A DNA stretch of 64,000 nt, taken from an archaeon. GTDB taxonomy: Archaea > Micrarchaeota > Micrarchaeia > Norongarragalinales > UBA97. Each line of letters begins with the position of its first letter. Within the stretch, counting starts at the first letter, position 1. Both the position numbers and the translations under genes were made by a program. The notes beneath the pieces were generated by a model. It was given only the letters and a program-made list of their open reading frames with translations, was not told the origin of the DNA and searched no databases. Below, piece by piece: positions 50,552-58,561 of the stretch. The stretch spans positions 141,893 to 205,892 of the forward strand of contig JAGVFW010000003.1 in NCBI GenBank assembly GCA_020057405.1, written 5' to 3'.

Positions 50552-51049
50552 GTGAAAAACGGCAAGAAAAAGCCTGGCGTCAACAAGTGGATTGCAGCAG
50601 GCGCCATCATTGCAATCGCAGTTCTTGCCGCGCTCTATTACCTTGGCAGCGAAGACCAAAAACAGCTTGAGAGCTCAATGCTTGAAGGCAGGGCGATACC
50701 GGTGATGGCCGAGTTCGCCATCTGCGCTCCCGTCGAGGGGCTTGACGCATGCCGGGCGAAAGTTGTTTCCTGCGGCCTCAAAGTGCAAGATAACGCCAAC
50801 GACTGGCCTGCGGTGCCAAGTGACACGATAGTCAACTGCGTTAAGGCGCTTGCCTCAAGCGACGCGGTTAGCCAAGCGTGCTCTACTTACGTCAATTCAG
50901 TTGATGACAGCGTCAGGGCAATAAGGCGAGAAAATCCGGTTGCATTCTACGCGCAATTCCGCTTAAGCGGCGCGAGCTACATGGAAGGGCTGGCAAGCAA
51001 GTCGCTTTTGGAGCTTGGCAACTGCATGACCGCGCTTAAGAAAAACTAG
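50552..51049 (+). CDS. Hypothetical N-anchored membrane protein
   Basis: Basic N-terminus plus TM, Cys-containing helical ectodomain; ttttaaaa box upstream. Confidence 0.6.
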   Translation: MKNGKKKPGVNKWIAAGAIIAIAVLAALYYLGSEDQKQLESSMLEGRAIPVMAEFAICAPVEGLDACRAKVVSCGLKVQDNANDWPAVPSDTIVNCVKALASSDAVSQACSTYVNSVDDSVRAIRRENPVAFYAQFRLSGASYMEGLASKSLLELGNCMTALKKN

Positions 51050-51052
51050 CGC

Positions 51053-51598
51053 CTAGTCCTTCTTTTCCGCGTCCGCTAGGAGCTTCTTGCCTATTTCGGC
51101 ACGCTCCTTGAGGCGCGCGTGGTGGCGGTCAAGCTCGTCGCCCTTGAGCACGTTTTTGAGCATGTAGGCAGTGTAGTCCTGCGCGTGCTGGCTTGCGTCC
51201 AAAAGAAGCGCGTGCGCTTCCTCCAAGGACAGCTTGATTTGCTGGGGGTCCAGAAGCTCGACGCCGACGGGGCCGAAGCGCAGGCACAAATCTAGAATCT
51301 TGTTGAAGCTGTCGACGACAATCTCCACCTTTGCACTCGTGGTGAAGCCGTCTTTTGGCTTTGCCCCTTCCTCCTGCACCGGCAGGGGACGGGCAAATGG
51401 CTCGAGCACTTCGCCCTTGCAGTAAATGACGCCCTTCTCGCTTGTGAGGGTAGAGACGAACTCAACTAGCGAGCCCTTAACCGCGTCATTGTCAGTGCCG
51501 TGGGCGTCAAAGTAGAGCATGGCGTGAATCGCGCCGTGGCGCGTAGTCTCCTCAATCAAGTGCTTCAAGTCCCGTTCGGAATATTTTTGTTCAGCCAT
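51053..51598 (-). CDS. Conserved-looking hypothetical protein
   Basis: Soluble 181-aa ORF downstream of sppA with a GGTGA SD; ferredoxin-like alpha/beta pattern. Confidence 0.7.
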   Translation of the reverse strand: MAEQKYSERDLKHLIEETTRHGAIHAMLYFDAHGTDNDAVKGSLVEFVSTLTSEKGVIYCKGEVLEPFARPLPVQEEGAKPKDGFTTSAKVEIVVDSFNKILDLCLRFGPVGVELLDPQQIKLSLEEAHALLLDASQHAQDYTAYMLKNVLKGDELDRHHARLKERAEIGKKLLADAEKKD

Positions 51599-51613
51599 TT
51601 TGGAATCACCGTT

Positions 51614-52549
51614 TTATTGGTACCTCAAGCTAAGGCGTGGTTCGGACAAGCCTTGGGCGATTTGCGCGGCGAAGCCCGAAGACAGGCCGCCTAGGATTGC
51701 CGAAAGGCCAGTCTGTTCTTCAAGCTCGCACTCTTGCGGCGACTCTCCCTTTTCGACGGTGACGTTGCCAAGCGAGGCTGCCTTCTCTAGCGCCGTTCGC
51801 CTTGAGCCAATTCCGTCAATGAGGCCCGCAGAAAGCGCCTGCTTGGCAGTCAGCAAGCGCGCGTCCAGCACGGAGGCGAAGAGCTTCTTGTTCAGCTTGC
51901 CATTGCGGCCTGCCTCGACGTCGGCGCGGAAGTTGTCGAAGCTCTCGTTGATGAGCGACTGGATGACGAGGCGCTCCGCCCCGGTGAGGTTCCTTGAGCC
52001 GTCGCCAATGTCCTTTAGCTCGCCTGACTTTATCGTGTCGGTGCGCAAGCCAAGCTTGGTGAATAGCTCAGCGTAGTTTAGAAGCGTTGCGCGCGCGCCT
52101 ATGCTGCCGGTAATGGTGTTGGGATTGGCGACGATGTAGTCGGTGCCGCTGGCAACGTAGTAGCCGCCGCTTGCGGCAACTTCGCCCAAGTAGGCGACGA
52201 CGGGCTTCTTGCTTGCCGCAACTTCGTCGTAAATTTCCTTGCTTGCGACTGCAGAACCGCCTGGGCTGTTGATGACTAAAAGCACGCTGCCAATTGAGGA
52301 ATCGGAATTCGCCTCGCCTAACGCAGCGGCGAATCTATCCGAGAGCGACTGGCTTGAGAAGAACTGCCCGCCACTGTCGCTGATTTCCCCGTCAAGGCGG
52401 ATGACGCCAACGCAGTCGGCGCCCTTGCTTAGAAAGAGGCCCTTGCCAAACTGCGAGAAGTTGGCTGTAGCCAGTGCTAAAAGCACGACTCCGAGCGCGA
52501 TTGCCGATAGCAGGAGCAAAAGCGGGTTTCTAAAGCTCACAAATACCAC
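51614..52549 (-). CDS. sppA: Signal peptide peptidase SppA (S49)
   Basis: INSPGG, AASGGYY, TGSIG, KSGELKD. Confidence 0.94.
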   Translation of the reverse strand: MVFVSFRNPLLLLLSAIALGVVLLALATANFSQFGKGLFLSKGADCVGVIRLDGEISDSGGQFFSSQSLSDRFAAALGEANSDSSIGSVLLVINSPGGSAVASKEIYDEVAASKKPVVAYLGEVAASGGYYVASGTDYIVANPNTITGSIGARATLLNYAELFTKLGLRTDTIKSGELKDIGDGSRNLTGAERLVIQSLINESFDNFRADVEAGRNGKLNKKLFASVLDARLLTAKQALSAGLIDGIGSRRTALEKAASLGNVTVEKGESPQECELEEQTGLSAILGGLSSGFAAQIAQGLSEPRLSLRYQ

Positions 52550-52616
52550 CTACACCAAGTTGTAATTATTAAGGAGGATTTGGGTTAATTAATACCGTTT
52601 TGGGAGTAGCTTGCCA

Positions 52617-53126
52617 ATGGCAATTGAGAACCTAATAGCTTTCGTGCTGCCCGCCTATTTCGCCAACGCCGCACCAGTAATCGCGCGGGGAAAGACCGTA
52701 GTTGACCTGGGCCGCAACTTCGTTGACGGAAGGCGCGTGTTTGGCGACGGCAAGACATTCAAGGGCCTGGCTGCCGGCATCGTAGTCGGCACTTTCACCG
52801 GCGTGCTCTTGGCCCTCTCGTCGGAGTTTTTCCTGCCGGGACTCGACTTTCGCGCTAAAGTAACTATCGGCTTTCTCCTCTCAATCGGCACCATGGCAGG
52901 CGACTTGGCCGGCAGCTTCCTCAAGCGCCGCATCGGCATCCAAAGCGGCAGCCAACACGAATTTTTCGACCAACTGCTTTTCCTCGGAGGCGCCCTCCTC
53001 TTCGCCGCCCTCCTCTATCTGCCGCAAGCCACTGAAATTGCGATTCTAGTCGGCCTGACTTACGTGCTGCACAAGCTCTTCAACGTCATCGCACACGCCT
53101 TAAAGCTCAAGAAAGTCCCGTGGTAA
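52617..53126 (+). CDS. carS: CDP-archaeol synthase
   Basis: LPAYFANAAP, DGRRVFGDGKT, GDLAGSFLKRRIG, DQL, KKVPW. Confidence 0.93.
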   Translation: MAIENLIAFVLPAYFANAAPVIARGKTVVDLGRNFVDGRRVFGDGKTFKGLAAGIVVGTFTGVLLALSSEFFLPGLDFRAKVTIGFLLSIGTMAGDLAGSFLKRRIGIQSGSQHEFFDQLLFLGGALLFAALLYLPQATEIAILVGLTYVLHKLFNVIAHALKLKKVPW

Positions 53127-53127
53127 A

Positions 53128-53712
53128 ATGAAAGTAAAAGTAATTGCCAAGGGAAAACAGCAAACAAACGAAAGCCCGCAGACAGCAGAAAAACCAACGA
53201 CAACCGAAAAACCGCTTGCCCTTGACTTTTCCAAAATCACGGCAGAAGAAAAGACCTTCCTCATTAGGTTCCTAATCGCATTCGCCGCGCTCTTCATTGT
53301 CGCAACCCCCCTTCCCCTCACACCACTTCTTGAGTGGATTGCGCACACCGAGGCAGACTGGCTCATCTTCTCGGGAATGCTGGCCTATTCGGATGGCGCA
53401 GTTGTGCACGCTGGCGGCATTGCATTCGAAATAGTCAACGAATGCAGTTCGCTCGTGATGATTGCTCTGCTCGCGTCATTGCTAATCGCAGGCGGGGCAA
53501 AAAGCGACTGGAAAGCGCTTGCAATCGGCATTCCCGTCCTCTTCGCATTTAACCTATTGCGCCTCTTTGCCACAATGTGGGTGGGCGCCACCTACGGGGA
53601 GGCCGCCCTCGATACAATCCACTACTTGCTGTGGCTCGTTGACTCGGCCTTCGTGCTAGGCCTGTGGATTGCGTTTGGAAGAAAAAAGCAAGACACGAAT
53701 GCAGAGCAGTAA
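53128..53712 (+). CDS. Archaeosortase/exosortase family protein (2)
   Basis: FEIVNECSS, FNLLRL, IHY triad; multi-TM; directly coupled to carS. Confidence 0.8.
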   Translation: MKVKVIAKGKQQTNESPQTAEKPTTTEKPLALDFSKITAEEKTFLIRFLIAFAALFIVATPLPLTPLLEWIAHTEADWLIFSGMLAYSDGAVVHAGGIAFEIVNECSSLVMIALLASLLIAGGAKSDWKALAIGIPVLFAFNLLRLFATMWVGATYGEAALDTIHYLLWLVDSAFVLGLWIAFGRKKQDTNAEQ

Positions 53713-53750
53713 GAAGACAATTTATTAGCCCGGCGGCAGTAATCTCCCTC

Positions 53751-54143
53751 ATGTCCTCGTCTGAAATCGGCCGCCTTGACTCAAAGGGCCGCCTCATCAT
53801 TCCTTCCGGTCTGCGCGACTACCTGCGACTCAAGCCAGGCTCGCAAGTTCTCGTCAGCCTCGACGAGGAGCGCTTCCAAATCATCATCACGCCAGCCTCC
53901 GAAAAGAAGCTGGTGCTTATGAAAATAGGCCTCTGTGACAACCCCGGCAGCCTCGCTGCTGCCGCAAAGGTCCTCGCAAGCGAAGGCGTCGACCTTGTCT
54001 CGACCGAATCGCGCTCGCTCTCGCGGGGCAAGACCGCCGAGTGGCGCGTCGTTTGCAGCGCCGGCTCGGTCAAGGACTTCGCCGGCCTGAAAAAAAAGCT
54101 CCTGAAGGCAGGGACGACTGGCTTTTCGGCCCATCACATTTAG
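53751..54143 (+). CDS. AbrB/MraZ-type DNA-binding domain fused to an ACT domain (putative amino-acid-responsive regulator)
   Basis: LDSKGRLIIPSGLRDYLRL (AbrB/MraZ) plus DNPGSLAAAAKVLASEGVDL (ACT). Confidence 0.82.
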   Translation: MSSSEIGRLDSKGRLIIPSGLRDYLRLKPGSQVLVSLDEERFQIIITPASEKKLVLMKIGLCDNPGSLAAAAKVLASEGVDLVSTESRSLSRGKTAEWRVVCSAGSVKDFAGLKKKLLKAGTTGFSAHHI

Positions 54144-54154
54144 TGGGAAAAAAG

Positions 54155-54200
54155 TGGGAAAGCCTTAAATAGCTCCTCCGTCACTAATTGTTTGGGTCAA
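54155..54200 (+). promoter_or_regulatory. BRE/TATA promoter of the his operon leader
   Basis: gggaaag-cc-ttaaata followed by taatt about 15 nt downstream; same architecture as other promoters in the window. Confidence 0.6.
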
Positions 54201-54203
54201 AAT

Positions 54204-54248
54204 ATGGCAAGGAATTTCCTTCACCTGCGGCGCTTCCTCTCAGCCTAG
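54204..54248 (+). CDS. Putative his leader peptide MARNFLHLRRFLSA
   Basis: ATG at the expected TSS-proximal position; CAC (His) codon at 54222; TAG at 54246-54248. Confidence 0.45.
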   Translation: MARNFLHLRRFLSA

Positions 54249-54300
54249 GCTAGCCTCCGTTTCCTTGCCGCGATGCCCCGCAACTTCTTCCCTAAACTGC

Positions 54301-54372
54301 GGCAGCTGTAGTGTACCGGGCGCATTCAGGATTGTGGATCCTGCGGACCGGGTTCGACTCCCGGCCGCTGCC
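54301..54372 (+). tRNA. tRNA-His(GTG)-like cloverleaf in the hisG leader (non-canonical)
   Basis: G-1:C73; acceptor GCAGCTG/CCGCTGC with a 6:67 mismatch; anticodon arm CAGGA-TTGTGGA-TCCTG; T arm CCGGG-TTCGACT-CCCGG. Confidence 0.85.
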
Positions 54373-54395
54373 CTAATTCCGGAGGCTGTCACGAA

Positions 54396-56300
54396 ATGAT
54401 TACAATCGCCATACCCAACAAGGGCACGCTCTCCAAGCCGGCAAAGCTGCTCGCCTCCAGCCTGGGCTTTAGCAACGGAGTTTCCGGCGAACGCGAATAC
54501 TCCGTAGACTCTCCTGATGGAAAGTACCGTTTCCTGCTTGCCAGGGCAAAGGACATCCCGGGCTATGTTGAGTCGGGCTCTGCCGACTTTGGCATTACCG
54601 GCCAGGATCTAGTAGCCGAAGCCGAAGCGAGCGTCGCCGAAATCAAGCCCTTGCCTTTCGGGAGCTGCAAGCTCGTCTACGCCATCCCCAACCAGCCATC
54701 GGGCCCCATCCTGCGCGTGGCAACGTCATTCCCCAACCTCACAGCAAAGTACCTTGAGAGTACTGGAGTGGAGGCGAAAATCGTTCTCCTAAACGGCGCG
54801 GTCGAGGCGAGCGTGGGCGCAGGCATGGCGGACGCCATAGTCGACCTCTCTGCAACAGGCAGGACGCTTGCGGCAAACGGCCTGAAGCAGGCGGGCGTGG
54901 TGATGGAATCAAGCGCAGTCCTCATTGCCAACCGCAAGTACGCAGACACCAACCCTCAAGCGCTAAGGCAAGTGCTGGGGCTCATGCTTGGCGACTTTGA
55001 AATCTTCAAATGCGAGCTTGCAAACCTTGGCGAAAAAGAGCAAAAGCGCATGCTATCACGCAAGGCAGGCAACGAGGCTGCAGTCGAGCAGACGGTGAAG
55101 GAAGTCTTCGAATCAGTTTCAAGAAGGAGAGACGAGGCGCTGTGCGAATACAGCGAGAAGTTCGACGGCGCGAAACTCCAGCCCAAGGCGCTTGAAGTCA
55201 CTGCCAAGGAAATCAAGGAGGCCTACTCGCAGGTAAGCGGCGAGCTCATCACCGCGCTAAGGAAGAGTGCCAAAAATATCGCGCGGTTCGCCAAGAGAGA
55301 AGTCCCCACGCGCTGGGAAATGAAAACTGAAGGCGGGCTGATGGGCAAGCGCATTGTTCCGCTCGATTCCGTCGGCGTCTACGCCCCCGGAGGCACGGCC
55401 GCCTACCCCTCAAGCGTCCTCATGGGAGTAATACCCGCCAAGGCCGCAGGCGTCCCGGAAATAATCCTGTGCACGCCTTGCAACAACCAAGGCAAGTGCA
55501 ACCCCGCAGTCCTGGTGGCTGCAGACATTGCTGGTGCAACGCGCGTCTTCCGCCTGGGCGGCGCACAGGCAATCGCGGCAATGACAATCGGCAGCCGGAC
55601 CGTACCCAAAGTCGCCAAAATCGTCGGGCCGGGAAACGCCTTCGTGCGCGCTGCCAAACTCGAAGCCATCTCGCGCGGCCTTGTCTCAATCGATTCCCCC
55701 GCAGGCCCCACCGAAGTCATGGTCATCGCCGACGAGACGGCAGTTCCAGCATTCATCGCGGCAGATATGCTTGCGCAGGCAGAGCACGGCCCTGACGCCG
55801 CCGCAATCCTAGTCTGCACTTCGCAGGCAATTGGCACTGCGGTCGAGGCCGAGCTCAAAAAACAGCTTACGCTGCTTCCGCGTCGGGAAATTGCAAGAAA
55901 ATCCCTCTCGCAAAACGGCGCCATCCTCATTGCGGCCGACGTTGCGCAGGCAATAGAGTTTGCAAACAAGTACGCACCAGAGCACCTCGAACTGGTTGTC
56001 GAGCGGTCCTTTGCGTGGCTTGAAAAAGTGCGCAATGCGGGTGCAGTCTTCATCGGCAACTACACTTGCGAGGCTGCAGGCGACTACGCTGCAGGACCCA
56101 ATCACGTTCTTCCAACAGGCGGGGCGGCGCGCTCCTATTCCGGCCTCTCCGCACGGGACTTTGTCCGGGAAGTCAACTATCTCAAATTAGAGAAGAGCGG
56201 CCTGGAGGCCCTTAGCAGCACCATAATCGAGCTTGCAAACGCCGAGGGACTAACCGCCCACGGCCGCTCGGCACAAAAGAGGTTCGAAAACTATGCCTAG
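54396..56300 (+). CDS. hisG-hisD: Fused ATP phosphoribosyltransferase (short form) / histidinol dehydrogenase
   Basis: aa 1-200: IAIPNKG, RAKDIPGYV, DFGITGQD, GAVE, DAIVDLSATGRTL. aa 200-634: GVYAPGG, KIVGPGN, PAGPTE, AQAEHG, APEHL, GDYAAGPNHVLPT. Confidence 0.93.
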   Translation: MITIAIPNKGTLSKPAKLLASSLGFSNGVSGEREYSVDSPDGKYRFLLARAKDIPGYVESGSADFGITGQDLVAEAEASVAEIKPLPFGSCKLVYAIPNQPSGPILRVATSFPNLTAKYLESTGVEAKIVLLNGAVEASVGAGMADAIVDLSATGRTLAANGLKQAGVVMESSAVLIANRKYADTNPQALRQVLGLMLGDFEIFKCELANLGEKEQKRMLSRKAGNEAAVEQTVKEVFESVSRRRDEALCEYSEKFDGAKLQPKALEVTAKEIKEAYSQVSGELITALRKSAKNIARFAKREVPTRWEMKTEGGLMGKRIVPLDSVGVYAPGGTAAYPSSVLMGVIPAKAAGVPEIILCTPCNNQGKCNPAVLVAADIAGATRVFRLGGAQAIAAMTIGSRTVPKVAKIVGPGNAFVRAAKLEAISRGLVSIDSPAGPTEVMVIADETAVPAFIAADMLAQAEHGPDAAAILVCTSQAIGTAVEAELKKQLTLLPRREIARKSLSQNGAILIAADVAQAIEFANKYAPEHLELVVERSFAWLEKVRNAGAVFIGNYTCEAAGDYAAGPNHVLPTGGAARSYSGLSARDFVREVNYLKLEKSGLEALSSTIIELANAEGLTAHGRSAQKRFENYA

Positions 56301-57345
56301 CCCTCGGCCCGCAATCCAAGCGCTTTCGCCATACGTGTGCGCCCGCGACCTCTACAAGGAAGCGGACGTATTCCTTGACGCCAACGAGAACGCCTTCGGC
56401 AGCGCAATTGAGTTAGCGGACGCCAGCCTCAACCGCTACCCCGACTCCGACTGCACTGCCCTCCGAAAAGCAATCGCGGACTACTGCGGGACCGACGCGG
56501 AGAACGTGATTGCGGGAAACGGTTCCGACGAAGTGATTTCAATGGCAGTAGCCACATTCGCGGGCGAGGGCGACAACATCGTCACGGTCCAGCCGGACTA
56601 CGCAATGTACGGCGTATCTGCCCGCATTGCGGGGGCAAGCGAACGCCAAGTGCTCCTGGCGGAAGAATTTGCCTTGGAAGTTCCCGCCATCCTGCAAGCA
56701 GTCGATGCCAGGACAAAAATAATCTTCCTCTCGTCACCCAACGCGGGCTCTGGTGCGCCAATTGAGGAAAACGCGGTAAGGCAACTGCTTTGCGAGTTTG
56801 ATGGGCTGGTGTTCGTTGACGAGGCTTACTACGAGTTCTGCGGAAAAACGCTTGCGCCGCTTGTAAGCGAGTACGACAACCTGCTTGTCTCGCGCACGCT
56901 CTCAAAAGCCTGGGGTCTTGCGGGACTGCGCGTTGGCTACGGGATTGCACCTAAGCCGGTCATCGCCGCAATGAGGAAAGTAAAGCCGCCCTACAACATC
57001 GGCACGCTCAACGCGCAGATTGCAACTGCCGCCATCCTCACCGGCCGCCAAAGGATGGAGCAAAACGTCAGGCAAACCCTGGAGGAGAAAGAGCGGCTCT
57101 CTGCAAGGCTCGCGTGCCTTGGCCTTGAAGTCCTTCCCGGCGTCGCTAACTTCATCGTAGCGCGATTTCCATCCAGATTGAGCTCAAAGAAGGTGCAGGC
57201 TGTCCTGGCGCAGGGCCGCATCGTCGTGCGCGACCGCTCGTCGCTGCCGTTGCTTGAAAACTGCATCCGTTTCACGGTCGGAACGCCTGCAGAGAACAAC
57301 GCGATGCTCGCTGCTTTGGAAAAAATAATGGTGCAAAACGAATGA
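56293..57345 (+). CDS. hisC: Histidinol-phosphate aminotransferase
   Basis: LDANEN, NRYPD, GNGSDE, DEAY, RTLSKAWGLAGLRVG. Confidence 0.95.
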   Translation: MPSPRPAIQALSPYVCARDLYKEADVFLDANENAFGSAIELADASLNRYPDSDCTALRKAIADYCGTDAENVIAGNGSDEVISMAVATFAGEGDNIVTVQPDYAMYGVSARIAGASERQVLLAEEFALEVPAILQAVDARTKIIFLSSPNAGSGAPIEENAVRQLLCEFDGLVFVDEAYYEFCGKTLAPLVSEYDNLLVSRTLSKAWGLAGLRVGYGIAPKPVIAAMRKVKPPYNIGTLNAQIATAAILTGRQRMEQNVRQTLEEKERLSARLACLGLEVLPGVANFIVARFPSRLSSKKVQAVLAQGRIVVRDRSSLPLLENCIRFTVGTPAENNAMLAALEKIMVQNE

Positions 57346-57977
57346 ACGGGCGGAAGCCCCTTGCGGGCGTACTGGTTGCCTCCGATGTCGACGGCGTCAT
57401 TGTCAATGGCGACACTATCTTCTCGTTTTTCGAAAGGTATGGCAAGTTTGCCAAAGCCAAAACGCTAAACAAGCGCAAGCCCGGCTCAGACATCACCCTA
57501 GTACTTGTCGAAATCGTGCGGGAAAACAAAGTCACCGAAGAAACGCTCGCGCGGGAAGCCAAGCTCGCCAAGCTCTACCCCGGCGCAAGGCAGTTCTATT
57601 CGGGCCTTGAGGCGCTTGGAGCGCGGGTTTGCCTGCTTACCGCAACTTACGAGCCCATTGCAAAAGGCATTGCCAAAAGAGTGGGGCTCAAAAGGCCAAT
57701 TATAATGGCGACGAAAGTCAAGTCGGCAAGCGGATTGCTAAAAGGAGCATTGGGGACGGCTATGGAGGCCGGCCGCAAGAAATCCGCACTCCGGCAAGCC
57801 TGCAGGCGCACGGGCATTCCCCTTTCAATGACAGTTGGCATCGGCGACTCGCCAAGCGACAGGCTATTCATGGACGATATTGCTAATAGCAGGGGAATGT
57901 GCGCCTGGGTCAAGCAGCCCGATTTTGCTAAAATCAAGAAACAAATTTTGAGAAGATTTGGGGAGGGAAAGGAATGA
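57342..57977 (+). CDS. HAD-superfamily phosphatase, probable histidinol-phosphate phosphatase
   Basis: DVDGV motif I, LLTAT, K, GDSPSD motif IV; lies between hisC and hisB. Confidence 0.72.
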   Translation: MNGRKPLAGVLVASDVDGVIVNGDTIFSFFERYGKFAKAKTLNKRKPGSDITLVLVEIVRENKVTEETLAREAKLAKLYPGARQFYSGLEALGARVCLLTATYEPIAKGIAKRVGLKRPIIMATKVKSASGLLKGALGTAMEAGRKKSALRQACRRTGIPLSMTVGIGDSPSDRLFMDDIANSRGMCAWVKQPDFAKIKKQILRRFGEGKE

Positions 57978-58561
57978 GGAACGCAAGAATAGAGCGAAAG
58001 ACTAACGAGACTGACGTTGTCGTGTCGCTTGAGATTGACGGGACTGGCACAAGCGAGCTTGACACTGGCATTGGGTTTTTCAACCACATGCTGGCGCAGT
58101 TTGCAAAGCAGTCCCTAATTGACCTCAAAGTGCAAGCCAAGGGCGACCTTGAAATCGACGAGCACCACACAATCGAGGACGTCGGCCTGGCCCTAGGTGC
58201 AACCTTCAAAAAAGCCCTTGGCGACAAGCTCGGCATAGAGCGCTACGGCTCGGGCGAGGTCCCCATGGACGAAGCGCTAGCGCGGGTGGCAATTGACTGG
58301 AGCGGAAGGAGTTGCACTGTCTTCAAGGCAAAATTCTCACGCGAGAAGGTAGGCGAAATGCCTACCGAGATGGTGGCGCACTTCTTCGAGGCCTTCAGCC
58401 GGGCAAGCGAGTGCACGCTGCACGCCCGCGTCGCTTACGGCGAGAACGACCACCACAAGATCGAGGCGCTGTTCAAGGCCTTCGGACGGGCGGTAAAGGC
58501 AGCGTGCGCCATCGAACCGCGGGCAATTGGCATCCTGCCGTCAACAAAGGGAACGCTATGA
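57974..58561 (+). CDS. hisB: Imidazoleglycerol-phosphate dehydratase
   Basis: RKTNET, GIGFFNHML, DEHHTIED, PMDEAL, NDHHKIEA, PSTKG. Confidence 0.96.
   Translation: MRNARIERKTNETDVVVSLEIDGTGTSELDTGIGFFNHMLAQFAKQSLIDLKVQAKGDLEIDEHHTIEDVGLALGATFKKALGDKLGIERYGSGEVPMDEALARVAIDWSGRSCTVFKAKFSREKVGEMPTEMVAHFFEAFSRASECTLHARVAYGENDHHKIEALFKAFGRAVKAACAIEPRAIGILPSTKGTL

Noticed and set aside
54200-54395. T-box riboswitch or classical multi-His hisL attenuator
   Set aside because: No T-box UGGNACC antiterminator bulge or stem I was recognised; there is only one His codon and no hairpin + poly-U terminator.
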